A stretch of DNA of 64,000 nt from a virus (taxonomy: Duplodnaviria; Heunggongvirae; Uroviricota; Caudoviricetes). Position 1 is the stretch's first letter, and each line of letters opens with the position of its first letter. Shown here one piece after another: positions 53,891 through 62,986 of this stretch. The notes beneath the pieces are model-generated. The model saw only the letters and a program-made list of their open reading frames with translations. It searched no databases and was not told the DNA's origin. The position numbers and the translations under genes are program-made. The stretch is taken from IMG/VR virus record IMGVR_UViG_3300037471_001733, positions 22,201 to 86,200 of that record. One strand, written 5' to 3'.

Positions 53891-54507
53891 CCTATACCGT
53901 CAAGGAGATCTTCTACACGCTGCAGGGCGAGGGCTTGCACGCCGGGCGCCCAGCGGTGTTCTGCCGCTTCGCCGGGTGCAACCTGTGGAGCGGGCGTGAG
54001 CAGGACAGGAGCAAGGCGGCATGCCGTTTCTGCGACACCGAGTTCCGCGGCGGCACGAAGTACCGCACGCCCGAGGATTTGGCTGATGCCATTGAGCAGG
54101 CGTGGGCGCCGCAGGTGGTGGCCCGACGCATGGTGGTGCTCACCGGCGGCGAGCCGGCGCTGCAGGTGGATCAGGCGCTTGTGCACTTGCTGCAGGCCCG
54201 CGGGTTCTATGTCGCCATCGAGACGAACGGCACCAAGGAACTGCCGCAGGGTCTGGATTGGGTGTGCGTGAGCCCCAAGGGCGATGAGCCGCTGCGTGTG
54301 GTGCATGGCAACGAGCTGAAGCTGGTGTACCCGCAGATGCTGGCACTGCCGCAGCGGTTTGAGGAGTTGGCCTTCGACCACTTCCTTCTGCAGCCCATGG
54401 ACGGCCCGTTCCTTGAGGCCAACACCCAGGCTGCCATCGAGTTCTGCATGGGCAACCCAAAGTGGCGGCTCTCGGTGCAGACCCACAAGTACATCGGAGT
54501 GCGCTGA
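53887..54507 (+). CDS. queE: 7-carboxy-7-deazaguanine synthase QueE (radical SAM)
   Basis: 'IFYTLQGEGLHAGRPAVFCRFAGCNLW' QueE N-terminal signature. Confidence 0.8.
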   Translation: MTYTVKEIFYTLQGEGLHAGRPAVFCRFAGCNLWSGREQDRSKAACRFCDTEFRGGTKYRTPEDLADAIEQAWAPQVVARRMVVLTGGEPALQVDQALVHLLQARGFYVAIETNGTKELPQGLDWVCVSPKGDEPLRVVHGNELKLVYPQMLALPQRFEELAFDHFLLQPMDGPFLEANTQAAIEFCMGNPKWRLSVQTHKYIGVR

Positions 54508-54509
54508 CC

Positions 54510-54965
54510 ATGCCCACCACCATCATGAAACGCCTGGAGTTCGACGCCGGGCACCGCATCCCCAACCACGCCAGCAAGTGCCGCAACCTGCACGGCCACA
54601 GGTACGCGCTGGAAATCACGCTGGTGGGCGAGCCCATCGACGCCCCCGGCACCAGCAGCCACGGGATGCTGGAGGACTTCAGCGACGTGAAGCGCTTGGC
54701 GATGGAGCACCTCGTGGAGCCCTGGGACCACGCTTTCCTGGTGTACGAGGGCGACACGCAGGTGCTGGCGCTGCTGGCCGCGCTGCCCGGCCACAAGACC
54801 GTGGTGCTGCCGCGCGTGCCCACGGCCGAGAACCTCGTGGCGCTGGCCTTTGAAACGCTGGCGCCGATCTACACCGACCGCTTCGGCAACGGGCTGCGCC
54901 TGGAGCGCGTGCGCCTGTGGGAAACGCCGACGTGCTGGGCGGACTTCAGTTCCACAACCAACTGA
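54510..54965 (+). CDS. queD: 6-carboxy-5,6,7,8-tetrahydropterin synthase QueD
   Basis: 'RLEFDAGHRIPNHASKCRNLHGHRYALEI' QueD/PTPS signature. Confidence 0.75.
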   Translation: MPTTIMKRLEFDAGHRIPNHASKCRNLHGHRYALEITLVGEPIDAPGTSSHGMLEDFSDVKRLAMEHLVEPWDHAFLVYEGDTQVLALLAALPGHKTVVLPRVPTAENLVALAFETLAPIYTDRFGNGLRLERVRLWETPTCWADFSSTTN

Positions 54966-54973
54966 CGAGCACC

Positions 54974-56038
54974 ATGTTCAAAAACTTGACCTTGTTGCGC
55001 ATCAGCAGCGACTGGCTGCCCGATGCCATCGCTGCCGAGGACCAGCTGGCGCGCGAGCCCTTCACCGCCTGCGGTGCGACACAACCCGCGAGTGCTGGCT
55101 GGGTGCCGCCGCGAGGTGTGCCGCATGCGCCGCTGCTGGAGGTCATCGGCGGCCATTGGATTCTGTCGTTGATGTCAGAGCGCCGGCTGCTGCCCGGATC
55201 TGTCATCAAGGACCGCGTTGCCGAGATGACTGCCGAGTTCGAGAAGGCCAACGGCTACAAGGTCGGCAAGCGCCAGCGCAAGGAACTGGTGGCGCAGGCC
55301 GAGCAGGAGTTGCTGCCGAAGGCATTCACGAAACGCTCGCTGACCAAGGTGTGGCTCGACCCCCGCGCCCGCCTCCTAGCGGTCGACACCGGCAGCGCCA
55401 GCGCGGCCGAGTCTGTGGTTTCGATGCTGGTCAAGAGCCTGGACGGCTTTGGTGTGCAGCCTGTGACGACTTGGCTGGCGCCGGCCGGCGCGATGGCGGC
55501 TTGGATCAGCGAAGGCTGCGCGCCAAGCGGCTTCAGCCTGGACCGCGAGTGCGAGCTCAAGTCCACGGACGAGATGAAGAGCGTCGTCCGCTACGCCCGC
55601 CACTCGCTGGACAACGATGACGTGCGCCGCCACATCGCATCCGGCAAGCGCCCGACGCGCCTGGCGCTGTCCTGGGGCGACCGCGTGGCGTTCACCTTGA
55701 CCGATGGGCTTGTGCTCAAGCGCATCGAGTTTCTTGACGTCGCCATGGAAGGCCGCTCCGAAGTGGACGCGGCAGAGGCCTTTGACGCTGATGCTGCTAT
55801 CGCCTGCGGCGAGCTCAGCCGCCTGATACCGGATCTGCTGGCGGCGCTTGGTAACGAGGCTGAGCAGTCGCGCATCCACGAGGAAGAATCCAGCCCCAAG
55901 GCTGCGCTACAGGACCCCGCAGTGCCGAATTTGGACCACATCAGTACATCAGCGCTCTACTTGGCAGCGCAGGTGGAGCAGCAGATGGCTCCGATACGCG
56001 CGGCCCTGTCCGAGACTGCAGGAGCCGCCAAGGCATGA
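54974..56038 (+). CDS. rdgC: recombination-associated protein RdgC
   Basis: 'MFKNLTLLRIS...GWVPP...VIKDRVAEM...' collinear with RdgC. Confidence 0.75.
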   Translation: MFKNLTLLRISSDWLPDAIAAEDQLAREPFTACGATQPASAGWVPPRGVPHAPLLEVIGGHWILSLMSERRLLPGSVIKDRVAEMTAEFEKANGYKVGKRQRKELVAQAEQELLPKAFTKRSLTKVWLDPRARLLAVDTGSASAAESVVSMLVKSLDGFGVQPVTTWLAPAGAMAAWISEGCAPSGFSLDRECELKSTDEMKSVVRYARHSLDNDDVRRHIASGKRPTRLALSWGDRVAFTLTDGLVLKRIEFLDVAMEGRSEVDAAEAFDADAAIACGELSRLIPDLLAALGNEAEQSRIHEEESSPKAALQDPAVPNLDHISTSALYLAAQVEQQMAPIRAALSETAGAAKA

Positions 56039-56616
56039 GCCTGCACATCGTCCCGATCACGCTTGAGCAGGCCAAGAGGTTCGTGCGCCGGCACCACCGC
56101 CACAACAAGCCGCCCACGGGCTGGAAGTTCGGCGTGGGCCTGTGCCACAGCGCCGGGCCGCTAGTGGGAGTGGCGACCGCTGGGCGCCCGGTGTCGCGCG
56201 AGATCCAGGAGCGCGAGCCGCTGACGCTGGAGGTCAACCGCACGTGCACGGACGGCACGCGCAACGCCAACTCGATGCTCTACGGCGCGATCTGGCGCGC
56301 GGCCAAGGCCCTGGGCTACACGCGCGCCATCACCTACATCCAAGGCAACGAGACGGGCGCCTCGCTCAAGGCTGCGGGCTGGGTGAAGGTGCGCGACCTA
56401 GATGCGCGCGGCTCCTGGAAGGAGTCGAGCAAGAAGTTGGCGCACCTGCGCGACGACGAGGGCACGGGCGGCGTGGCGCGGCAGCTGTGGGAAATCCGCG
56501 CTGCGACCGCCGGCCCAGTGGTGCTGCCCGACCTGGGCGCCGACGACGATCTGACAGACGACACAGAAGACCCCACGGGCGACTTGTTCGCCGAAGCTGA
56601 AGGAGAGCCCGCATGA
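56035..56616 (+). CDS. hypothetical protein
   Basis: 193 aa. Confidence 0.4.
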   Translation: MSLHIVPITLEQAKRFVRRHHRHNKPPTGWKFGVGLCHSAGPLVGVATAGRPVSREIQEREPLTLEVNRTCTDGTRNANSMLYGAIWRAAKALGYTRAITYIQGNETGASLKAAGWVKVRDLDARGSWKESSKKLAHLRDDEGTGGVARQLWEIRAATAGPVVLPDLGADDDLTDDTEDPTGDLFAEAEGEPA

Positions 56617-56774
56617 CCATCGTCGCCCGCCAACCCATCCGCCAAGCCTTCAAGGCCGCCCTCAAGATCGACCCGCACAAGACGCTGGAGCAGTGCATCG
56701 AGGACGCCATCCAGACCGTCGCCAAGGAGCGACGCCTGCCGGCCGAGTTGGTGCGGCAGGCCATTGAGGACTGA
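56613..56774 (+). CDS. small hypothetical protein
   Basis: 53 aa. Confidence 0.3.
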   Translation: MTIVARQPIRQAFKAALKIDPHKTLEQCIEDAIQTVAKERRLPAELVRQAIED

Positions 56775-56778
56775 CACC

Positions 56779-57249
56779 ATGAGCACGAATCCCATTGCCT
56801 CCATCACCGAGTGGATGGATGGAGCAGGCCACGGACCCGAGAGCCTGCCGCTGTACTTCGCTCTGACGCTGGAAGAAGGCGGGCAGGAGATGCTGGACCC
56901 GGTGTCGCTGCTGCACCCCAACGACAGGGTTGAGCCCACCGAAAGGCTTGGACTGATGCTGAAGAACCTGAGCCGAATGATCCGCAACGGCGATGTGCGC
57001 TTGGATGTGGCCAACCGCGCGGAGCTACTGGATGCAGCGCTGGACACCGCCTGGGTTGCCCTGTGCCTGGCGCGCACGCTCACCGGCGACAGGCTGGGAG
57101 AGGCTTGGGCGGAACTGCATCGCAGCAACGTGACGGACAAGCAGCAGGACGGCGTGTTCGTCAAGGACGCATCAGGCAAGGTCTGCAAGCCGAATGGCTA
57201 CAGAGGCCCGAACTTCGCGCAGTTCCTATTAGCGGCAAAGACTAGTTGA
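56779..57249 (+). CDS. possible MazG-like NTP pyrophosphohydrolase
   Basis: 156 aa, GAGGA RBS; all-helical with acidic motifs; assignment tentative. Confidence 0.35.
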   Translation: MSTNPIASITEWMDGAGHGPESLPLYFALTLEEGGQEMLDPVSLLHPNDRVEPTERLGLMLKNLSRMIRNGDVRLDVANRAELLDAALDTAWVALCLARTLTGDRLGEAWAELHRSNVTDKQQDGVFVKDASGKVCKPNGYRGPNFAQFLLAAKTS

Positions 57250-57335
57250 TTTGTGTGACTATGCGTCGAGAAATGCCTTATCCACAGGCTTTTTAATACA
57301 CTCAGTCAGTGCCGCGTTGACCCAGGAGCCTGCCC

Positions 57336-57665
57336 TTGAACCAAGACGACAAGCCAATCCGAGAAGCCCGTGCGGCGCTTCTGGAACTGCGCGGCCTCGG
57401 CATCGAAAAGCCTGCGCGTGCACAGCAACTGTTCGCGCGCATCGGGCTGGCGCTGGATGCCGTTGCTGCGGACCAGCACATGAGCCTGTTCCTCGCCGCC
57501 TATGCCGTGCTTCAGCAGCGCCAGCACGGAGGCGTCACGCCGCACGGATGGGAGCAGTTGTGGAATGCGGCTGACGCGCTGCTGGGGCACTACGGGATCA
57601 CCGGACCGGCAGACGTGGATGCGCTGCAGGAGCAACTTGACGAACGAATGGAGCAGCCGGCTTGA
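57336..57665 (+). CDS. hypothetical protein (TTG start)
   Basis: 109 aa after an 86-bp AT-richer gap. Confidence 0.35.
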   Translation: MNQDDKPIREARAALLELRGLGIEKPARAQQLFARIGLALDAVAADQHMSLFLAAYAVLQQRQHGGVTPHGWEQLWNAADALLGHYGITGPADVDALQEQLDERMEQPA

Positions 57666-58108
57666 ACTACATGATCGACCAGCCCTCTTGGGCGGATGCG
57701 CCAGCGTGGGCCACGCATCTGCTGCGCCATGACACCAATTTTCCGCACGAGGTCTACGCCTGGGCATGCGATGGCGGTGACAGACGCCTTTATGCCGGCC
57801 CGGCTGGGCATGTCAATGCGCGACTGCAGCTTGTTGTTGGCGAGCACGACGACCTGTGGAAGATGATCGAAACGCGGCCGGCAGCGCCAGCCGCCGACAT
57901 AGGGCACTGCGGCCAGTGCCACTTCGCCGGCCCCGTGGAGATGAGGATGTGCCTATGCCGGCGCCACGCCCCAACAGGCGTGCGCAATCCGCCGCATGTA
58001 GTTGACATTCGGAGCGGCTGCCTGTCGTCGGCGGCGCCAGCGTTTCCGCTCATGGCCGCAGAGCGCGACTGGTGCGGCGACTTTCGGCGCCGGGAGGCTG
58101 GAGCATGA
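57662..58108 (+). CDS. Cys/His-rich hypothetical protein
   Basis: 148 aa. Confidence 0.4.
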   Translation: MNYMIDQPSWADAPAWATHLLRHDTNFPHEVYAWACDGGDRRLYAGPAGHVNARLQLVVGEHDDLWKMIETRPAAPAADIGHCGQCHFAGPVEMRMCLCRRHAPTGVRNPPHVVDIRSGCLSSAAPAFPLMAAERDWCGDFRRREAGA

Positions 58109-58461
58109 GCAACGACACCTATCTGACCATCGTGTACCGCGGCATCCAGGCCGGCGACGAAGCCCGCGCACTGACCGAGCACCCGAAAGCCTCGGTGCTC
58201 GCATGGGGGCATCAACTGCTCAAGCGCGACATCCTGCAGGAGACGGTGGACTGCCAAGCCGCCGAGATCGCGTCGCTCAAAGCCGCGCTGGAGCACTCGC
58301 AGCGTGCCGGCGGAACGCAGCAGCAACCTGGCGATCAGATGGCAAGGCTGCGCGAACTGTCAGCACTGGATGATCGGATCAACGCGCTGCGCGACAAGCG
58401 CGACACGCTGCTGCGCTTGATTGCGGAAAGCCACGCGGGCACCACCGGGAGCGCGGCATGA
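58105..58461 (+). CDS. hypothetical coiled-coil protein
   Basis: 118 aa, ATGA overlap. Confidence 0.4.
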   Translation: MSNDTYLTIVYRGIQAGDEARALTEHPKASVLAWGHQLLKRDILQETVDCQAAEIASLKAALEHSQRAGGTQQQPGDQMARLRELSALDDRINALRDKRDTLLRLIAESHAGTTGSAA

Positions 58462-59000
58462 GAAACGAGAACGCTAATCCCGCGCCGGCCATCCAAGTCG
58501 CCGAAATCGTGGAGATACTGCCCACACGCATCTGGATCGAGTCCGATTTTTTGGGCGGGCGCCATGTCGTGCTGCAGCACCAGGACTGCGAGCAGTTCAC
58601 CTACGCGAGCTTTGGCTACGACTGGCGCTACACCAGCAACGCCGGCACGTATGAAGCCGCGCGGCAGATTGCGCTGGCGCTCGGAGCGCAAGAACCGATT
58701 GAGGAGCGCACGCGCGGCCTGGAGCCGCCTGACTCGACGGCGATGCAGTACCTGGCGCTCACGGACGCCATGCACTACGAGGCCGGCCCGCAACTGCTGT
58801 CGCCGGAGGAATACGCCGCCGCGCTGTACGCCGATGCCGCACGCTACCGCTGGCTCATGGGCGACTGCGACGGCGACGCGCAGGACGACGTGATTCAGTG
58901 GCTCGCCAAGACGGTAGCCAGCAAGGGCTGCATTGATGCGCTCATCGACAACGCCAGGATGGACCCGGCCACAGGCGCCATTGAGGGAGCGCAGCCATGA
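58458..59000 (+). CDS. hypothetical protein
   Basis: 180 aa. Confidence 0.4.
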   Translation: MRNENANPAPAIQVAEIVEILPTRIWIESDFLGGRHVVLQHQDCEQFTYASFGYDWRYTSNAGTYEAARQIALALGAQEPIEERTRGLEPPDSTAMQYLALTDAMHYEAGPQLLSPEEYAAALYADAARYRWLMGDCDGDAQDDVIQWLAKTVASKGCIDALIDNARMDPATGAIEGAQP

Positions 59001-59668
59001 GCACCGTCACCATCAGCCGCGCCACGCTAGAGCGCTGGGAGGGTTTGCTGTTCGCTGCCCACCAAGGCATTGCGCACAAGTCGGTAGTGCGTGATGTGCG
59101 CGGCGAGATGCAGACCACGTTGGCGGACGCGGACACCATCGCACACAGCGAGTGGAAGTGCGGCAACGAGTTCCTGCCATACCACCCGCAGGCATCACAC
59201 GCACCGCCCGACTACAGGGATGGCTGGAATGCCTGCTTTAAGGCGGCAATGGCGCTGCGCCAGCCCATCCCCGAATCCATGCTCACCGGTCCAGCGCTTG
59301 GCGAGGCCATCGAGGCAGCGCGCGCCAAGAAAGGCGTCACCAAGAAGGCCATGGCCGACCACTTCGGCGTTGAGCCGCCGTCGATTCAGGGCTGGGTCAA
59401 CTGCGGCACCATCAGCAAGGAAAAGCTGCCGAAGCTTTGGGCGTACTTCAGCGACGTGGTCGGCCCGGAGCATTGGGGGCTTAGCGCCTACGCGGCGCCG
59501 GTCTCGCGATTCAGCGACGCGGATGTCAAGCAAATCATGGCGCTGGTCCACGACGCCAAGAACGCCTCCGTGATGATTGGCAAGGGCTGCGACTACGCCG
59601 CCTGGTATCGCAAGGCAGAGAAAGCTACCGATGAAATTGAGGCGCTGCTGCGCGCTGCTGGAGGTTGA
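58997..59668 (+). CDS. XRE-family HTH regulator with N-terminal extension
   Basis: 'GVTKKAMADHFGVEPPSIQGWVNCGTISKEKLPKLWAYF'. Confidence 0.55.
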   Translation: MSTVTISRATLERWEGLLFAAHQGIAHKSVVRDVRGEMQTTLADADTIAHSEWKCGNEFLPYHPQASHAPPDYRDGWNACFKAAMALRQPIPESMLTGPALGEAIEAARAKKGVTKKAMADHFGVEPPSIQGWVNCGTISKEKLPKLWAYFSDVVGPEHWGLSAYAAPVSRFSDADVKQIMALVHDAKNASVMIGKGCDYAAWYRKAEKATDEIEALLRAAGG

Positions 59669-59669
59669 C

Positions 59670-59780
59670 ATGGACGAGACCCTGCACACCGGCCTGACGC
59701 TCGCTGCCCTCATCGGAGCCATCCTGTTTCTGGCGTGGGCCTGGACCCGCGAGGACCGGCGCGACGAGCGCGGGGACTGA
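59670..59780 (+). CDS. 36-aa single-TM peptide
   Basis: GGAGG RBS. Confidence 0.35.
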   Translation: MDETLHTGLTLAALIGAILFLAWAWTREDRRDERGD

Positions 59781-59782
59781 CG

Positions 59783-60076
59783 ATGCCCGATGCCCTGCTT
59801 TTCCTCGCAGACGTGCTCCTGCTGGCGCTGGTGATCGTCGGCATGTGCCTACTGCACAGCCAGCAGAAGAACCGCGAGAAGGTCGATGCTGCCGTGCGCG
59901 AACTCAACACAGCCGTGCAACGGGTGTTGGACGCGCGCGACAAGATCATTGAACTCGGCTACGAGCAGGACCGCAAGGCCGCCGAGCTGCGCCAGTACCT
60001 CAACGGCTTCGCGGGCTGGCTGTCGCTGCAGCGGGCCATTCACGATGCGGCCGAAGCCGCCACCAAGAAGGACTGA
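59783..60076 (+). CDS. membrane-anchored coiled-coil protein
   Basis: 97 aa, N-terminal TM. Confidence 0.4.
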   Translation: MPDALLFLADVLLLALVIVGMCLLHSQQKNREKVDAAVRELNTAVQRVLDARDKIIELGYEQDRKAAELRQYLNGFAGWLSLQRAIHDAAEAATKKD

Positions 60077-60078
60077 GC

Positions 60079-60519
60079 ATGGCCGTATCCGCGATTCAAC
60101 CGAAGCGCCCCAAAACCTCTGGCTGGGTTCCGGTGCCAGCATGGCAACAGCAGAAGCGGCACATTGAGCTGGTGTGCGACTTCCCTTCTGAGGCGTGGCT
60201 GCACCGCAGCAGCGGCATCTACGTGATCAGTTCTGTGGAAGTGGCTCACGACCCAGGGCAGCCCGACCTTGGGCCGGAATACCACCTGAGTATGAGCCGC
60301 AATGGTGGGCGCTGCACCAGCGGCGATGCGCTGTGGGTGCTGTCCTGCTTCGACGTGTCCGACGCGAAGGAAGACAACCATGTGCCCAACGGCATCGCCA
60401 GGAATTGGTGGCGCCCGGTGGCCGACAACCTCAGCGGCTACGAGTGCCCGTGCCAGGATGAAGAGCCGGCGATGCGAGAGGACAAGGGCGACTATGTTTG
60501 GCGCGGAGTGACGCGGTGA
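60079..60519 (+). CDS. hypothetical protein
   Basis: 146 aa. Confidence 0.4.
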   Translation: MAVSAIQPKRPKTSGWVPVPAWQQQKRHIELVCDFPSEAWLHRSSGIYVISSVEVAHDPGQPDLGPEYHLSMSRNGGRCTSGDALWVLSCFDVSDAKEDNHVPNGIARNWWRPVADNLSGYECPCQDEEPAMREDKGDYVWRGVTR

Positions 60520-60758
60520 GCCTGTTCACCGTTCTGACGCCCGCTGAGGCTGAGTTGATGCAGACCGAAATCCGCCTGCTGCGCGAAACCGTGAAAGGCC
60601 TATCCACCGTGCTCAACATCGCCCGCACGCATAAATGCGGCAGCGTGGGCGACTACATCCCGACAAATGCAGGCAGCCAAGTACGGTGTGCAGATGCGCT
60701 GGCCATGGCGCATACAGCGCTGCTACTTGGGACCAGGAAACCGCTGGAGAAAAACTGA
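60516..60758 (+). CDS. hypothetical protein (GTG start)
   Basis: 80 aa, GTGA overlap. Confidence 0.35.
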   Translation: MSLFTVLTPAEAELMQTEIRLLRETVKGLSTVLNIARTHKCGSVGDYIPTNAGSQVRCADALAMAHTALLLGTRKPLEKN

Positions 60759-61036
60759 TGACCACCACCCAGACACCCGAGATGCTGGACGAGCTGCTGC
60801 GCGTCACGACCCCGGCGCAACCTCGGATCGACTACGACACGCTGCGTGCGCGGTACGAGTGGCTGTGCAGCAACCTGGGCAAGCTCTACAGGGTTGAAGC
60901 CCTTCGACGCGCTGGTGCCGCAGACGGCGACCCCGTGGACGCCACGAGATTCGAGTTCAGGAAGTGGGATGGCTGCGTGTTTGACCCGGCCAGCGTGGAT
61001 GCATTGGTGGCGAAGGCTATGAAGGGGGAAGGCTGA
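60758..61036 (+). CDS. hypothetical protein
   Basis: 92 aa, ATGA-type overlap. Confidence 0.4.
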   Translation: MTTTQTPEMLDELLRVTTPAQPRIDYDTLRARYEWLCSNLGKLYRVEALRRAGAADGDPVDATRFEFRKWDGCVFDPASVDALVAKAMKGEG

Positions 61037-61227
61037 TGGCGAGCCCATACGCCAGATGCACCTGCCCCCTGGGAAGCACCTGCTCCTGTGGTGCCCTGAC
61101 CTACGGCGACCTACAGAACCACGAGGTCAAGATGCTGCGCGAGGCCGTGACGAAGCTGCGCAATAAGGCAAAGGCCGCGGCGCCGGCAGACACGCAGGCG
61201 GCGCTGGGGCTGGAGGGCAAGCCTTGA
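61036..61227 (+). CDS. small Cys-rich protein
   Basis: 63 aa. Confidence 0.35.
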   Translation: MASPYARCTCPLGSTCSCGALTYGDLQNHEVKMLREAVTKLRNKAKAAAPADTQAALGLEGKP

Positions 61228-61424
61228 ACAGCCGCAGCACCCGCTGGCACGCTCGCGTCGGCATGGCATGGCTTGCCGCCTCATTCCTCTGCGACTTCGG
61301 CCGCTTGGCCGTTGACAGGCTCAGCACTGTGGACAGCGTGCTCTTTGGCGCGCAATTGGTCTGCATCGCGGTATCGGCCGCTCATGCCGTCGCGTCGATC
61401 GCTACATGGAGGTCGCAACCTTGA
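61224..61424 (+). CDS. small membrane protein
   Basis: 66 aa. Confidence 0.35.
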   Translation: MNSRSTRWHARVGMAWLAASFLCDFGRLAVDRLSTVDSVLFGAQLVCIAVSAAHAVASIATWRSQP

Positions 61425-61738
61425 AGCTGCGTCAACTCAAGCGGAAGCACGTCGGGCGCCTGCGCCTGCGCATCGTCATGGCGCGCATGGCCGCGCTGAG
61501 GATCGAGTGGGACCGCGCCTTAGACGACATGGCCGGCGCGATGGCAAAGGCCATCCTTGGCTATGGCGAGGCGATCAAGCAGCGCCTGCTACTGGTCTTC
61601 AACAAGACCGGCGATCTCGTGGCCCACAGCGATACCGCTTGCCAACCGGACACGCCGATGACCATGGGCCTGATCCCCGCCAACACGCAAATCAAAGGCC
61701 ACATCGCCAGTGCGCCGCTGGAAATGCATGACCGATAG
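61406..61738 (+). CDS. hypothetical protein
   Basis: 110 aa. Confidence 0.35.
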   Translation: MEVATLKLRQLKRKHVGRLRLRIVMARMAALRIEWDRALDDMAGAMAKAILGYGEAIKQRLLLVFNKTGDLVAHSDTACQPDTPMTMGLIPANTQIKGHIASAPLEMHDR

Positions 61739-62237
61739 CAACTTCCCCGACACCCCTACCCTGCGCGACGAGTTCGCTCTGCACGCCCCCATTGATTTCA
61801 ACGCGGCGCTGCGCCTATGGGGCGATGCGGACGCTGACTTGGTCAACGACGCGAACCGGGTCACGTTCATGATGCTCTGGGCGATGCACCGGTACGACTA
61901 CGCCGACGCCATGCTGGCTCAGCGCGACGAGCCACAGCGTGAGCCCGGGCAGCCGTTGCCATCCGGTGAGGACCGGCGCCTGGACCGCAAGCTGGTGACG
62001 CTCGACTTCTGGGACTACCGCGTCACGAAGCCTCTGGCCACCGCCGGCATCGAGACCCTGCGACAGCTGCTGGCGCTGGACATCTACCAGCTCGACGCCA
62101 TCAAGGGCATCGGGCCGGACGGGCTGCGCGACATCATCGACCGGCTCAACCGCGAGGGGCTGCGCCTGGCGCCAAAGGCAGCGCCAGCATTCGTGGACGA
62201 TGCGCCTGGGATCGGCGAAGAGACGATTGGGGGCTGA
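61728..62237 (+). CDS. RNA-polymerase alpha-CTD-like (helix-hairpin-helix) domain protein
   Basis: 'LDFWDYRVTKPLATAGIETLRQLLALDIYQLDAIKGIGPDGLRDIIDRLNREGLRL' collinear with alpha-CTD ([55 protein letters not shown]). Confidence 0.55.
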   Translation: MTDSNFPDTPTLRDEFALHAPIDFNAALRLWGDADADLVNDANRVTFMMLWAMHRYDYADAMLAQRDEPQREPGQPLPSGEDRRLDRKLVTLDFWDYRVTKPLATAGIETLRQLLALDIYQLDAIKGIGPDGLRDIIDRLNREGLRLAPKAAPAFVDDAPGIGEETIGG

Positions 62238-62239
62238 TC

Positions 62240-62425
62240 ATGTTCTGGAATGCACTTCTGCTAGTAGTGTTCTGCGTCGCGCTGCCGATTTTCGCTGGCA
62301 TGCTGAGAGAGGGAGCATCCCCGAAAGAGCTTGGCCAATTCGTGACCTCGCAATGGGGCATGACCATCTTCTTCCCGATTGGGATGGTCCTGTTCGTGAT
62401 TTGGCTGCTTGAGTACAGGCCTTGA
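62240..62425 (+). CDS. 2-TM small membrane protein
   Basis: 61 aa. Confidence 0.4.
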   Translation: MFWNALLLVVFCVALPIFAGMLREGASPKELGQFVTSQWGMTIFFPIGMVLFVIWLLEYRP

Positions 62426-62555
62426 GTGCACCGACCACCGGCTGGCCGCCGCCCGCGCTGGCGCAGGACGACTGCTTTGAGCTTTTCCGGTGGTTCGCGT
62501 CCAAGCCTGACGCGCGGCGGCTGGTGCGCGAGCACTGCGCGCGCATCGCTGCGAA

Positions 62556-62957
62556 TCAGGGGCGCGCCTTGCGCTCAATGTCCTCAGCCGTTTCCGGCCG
62601 GCGCGCGATCCAGCCCTGCGGCTCGTCGTGCTCGCTGACAGTGGGTTTCGCGGGCAGGGATTCGCCCGGGGCGGTTGGGGCCGGCATCCAGTGCGTGACG
62701 TTGAACATTTCATAGCCGCAGCTCATCCACTGGCCGTCGATGTAGAGGCCCAGCAGCTTGCGCGTCGGGTTGCGCAGGTCGGGCGAATAGAAGATCACGT
62801 CCTCGCGGTCCACCGGCAGCCGCTCGCTGACCGGAATCCAAGGTTCCGGCTGCGTCTGCGGGGCGGCGGCCAGCACGCTTTCCGCCCAATCCAGCAGCTT
62901 CAGTTCGTCCGCGTAGAACAGTTCGACGGACAGCTTCGGAAGCGTCGGTGTAGTCAT
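62556..62957 (-). CDS. DUF551-like phage protein
   Basis: 'EPWIPVSERLP...GQWMSCGYEMFNVTHWMPAPTAP'. Confidence 0.5.
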   Translation of the reverse strand: MTTPTLPKLSVELFYADELKLLDWAESVLAAAPQTQPEPWIPVSERLPVDREDVIFYSPDLRNPTRKLLGLYIDGQWMSCGYEMFNVTHWMPAPTAPGESLPAKPTVSEHDEPQGWIARRPETAEDIERKARP

Positions 62958-62986
62958 TGGTACTCCAGAAAATCAGATTCGTGGGC

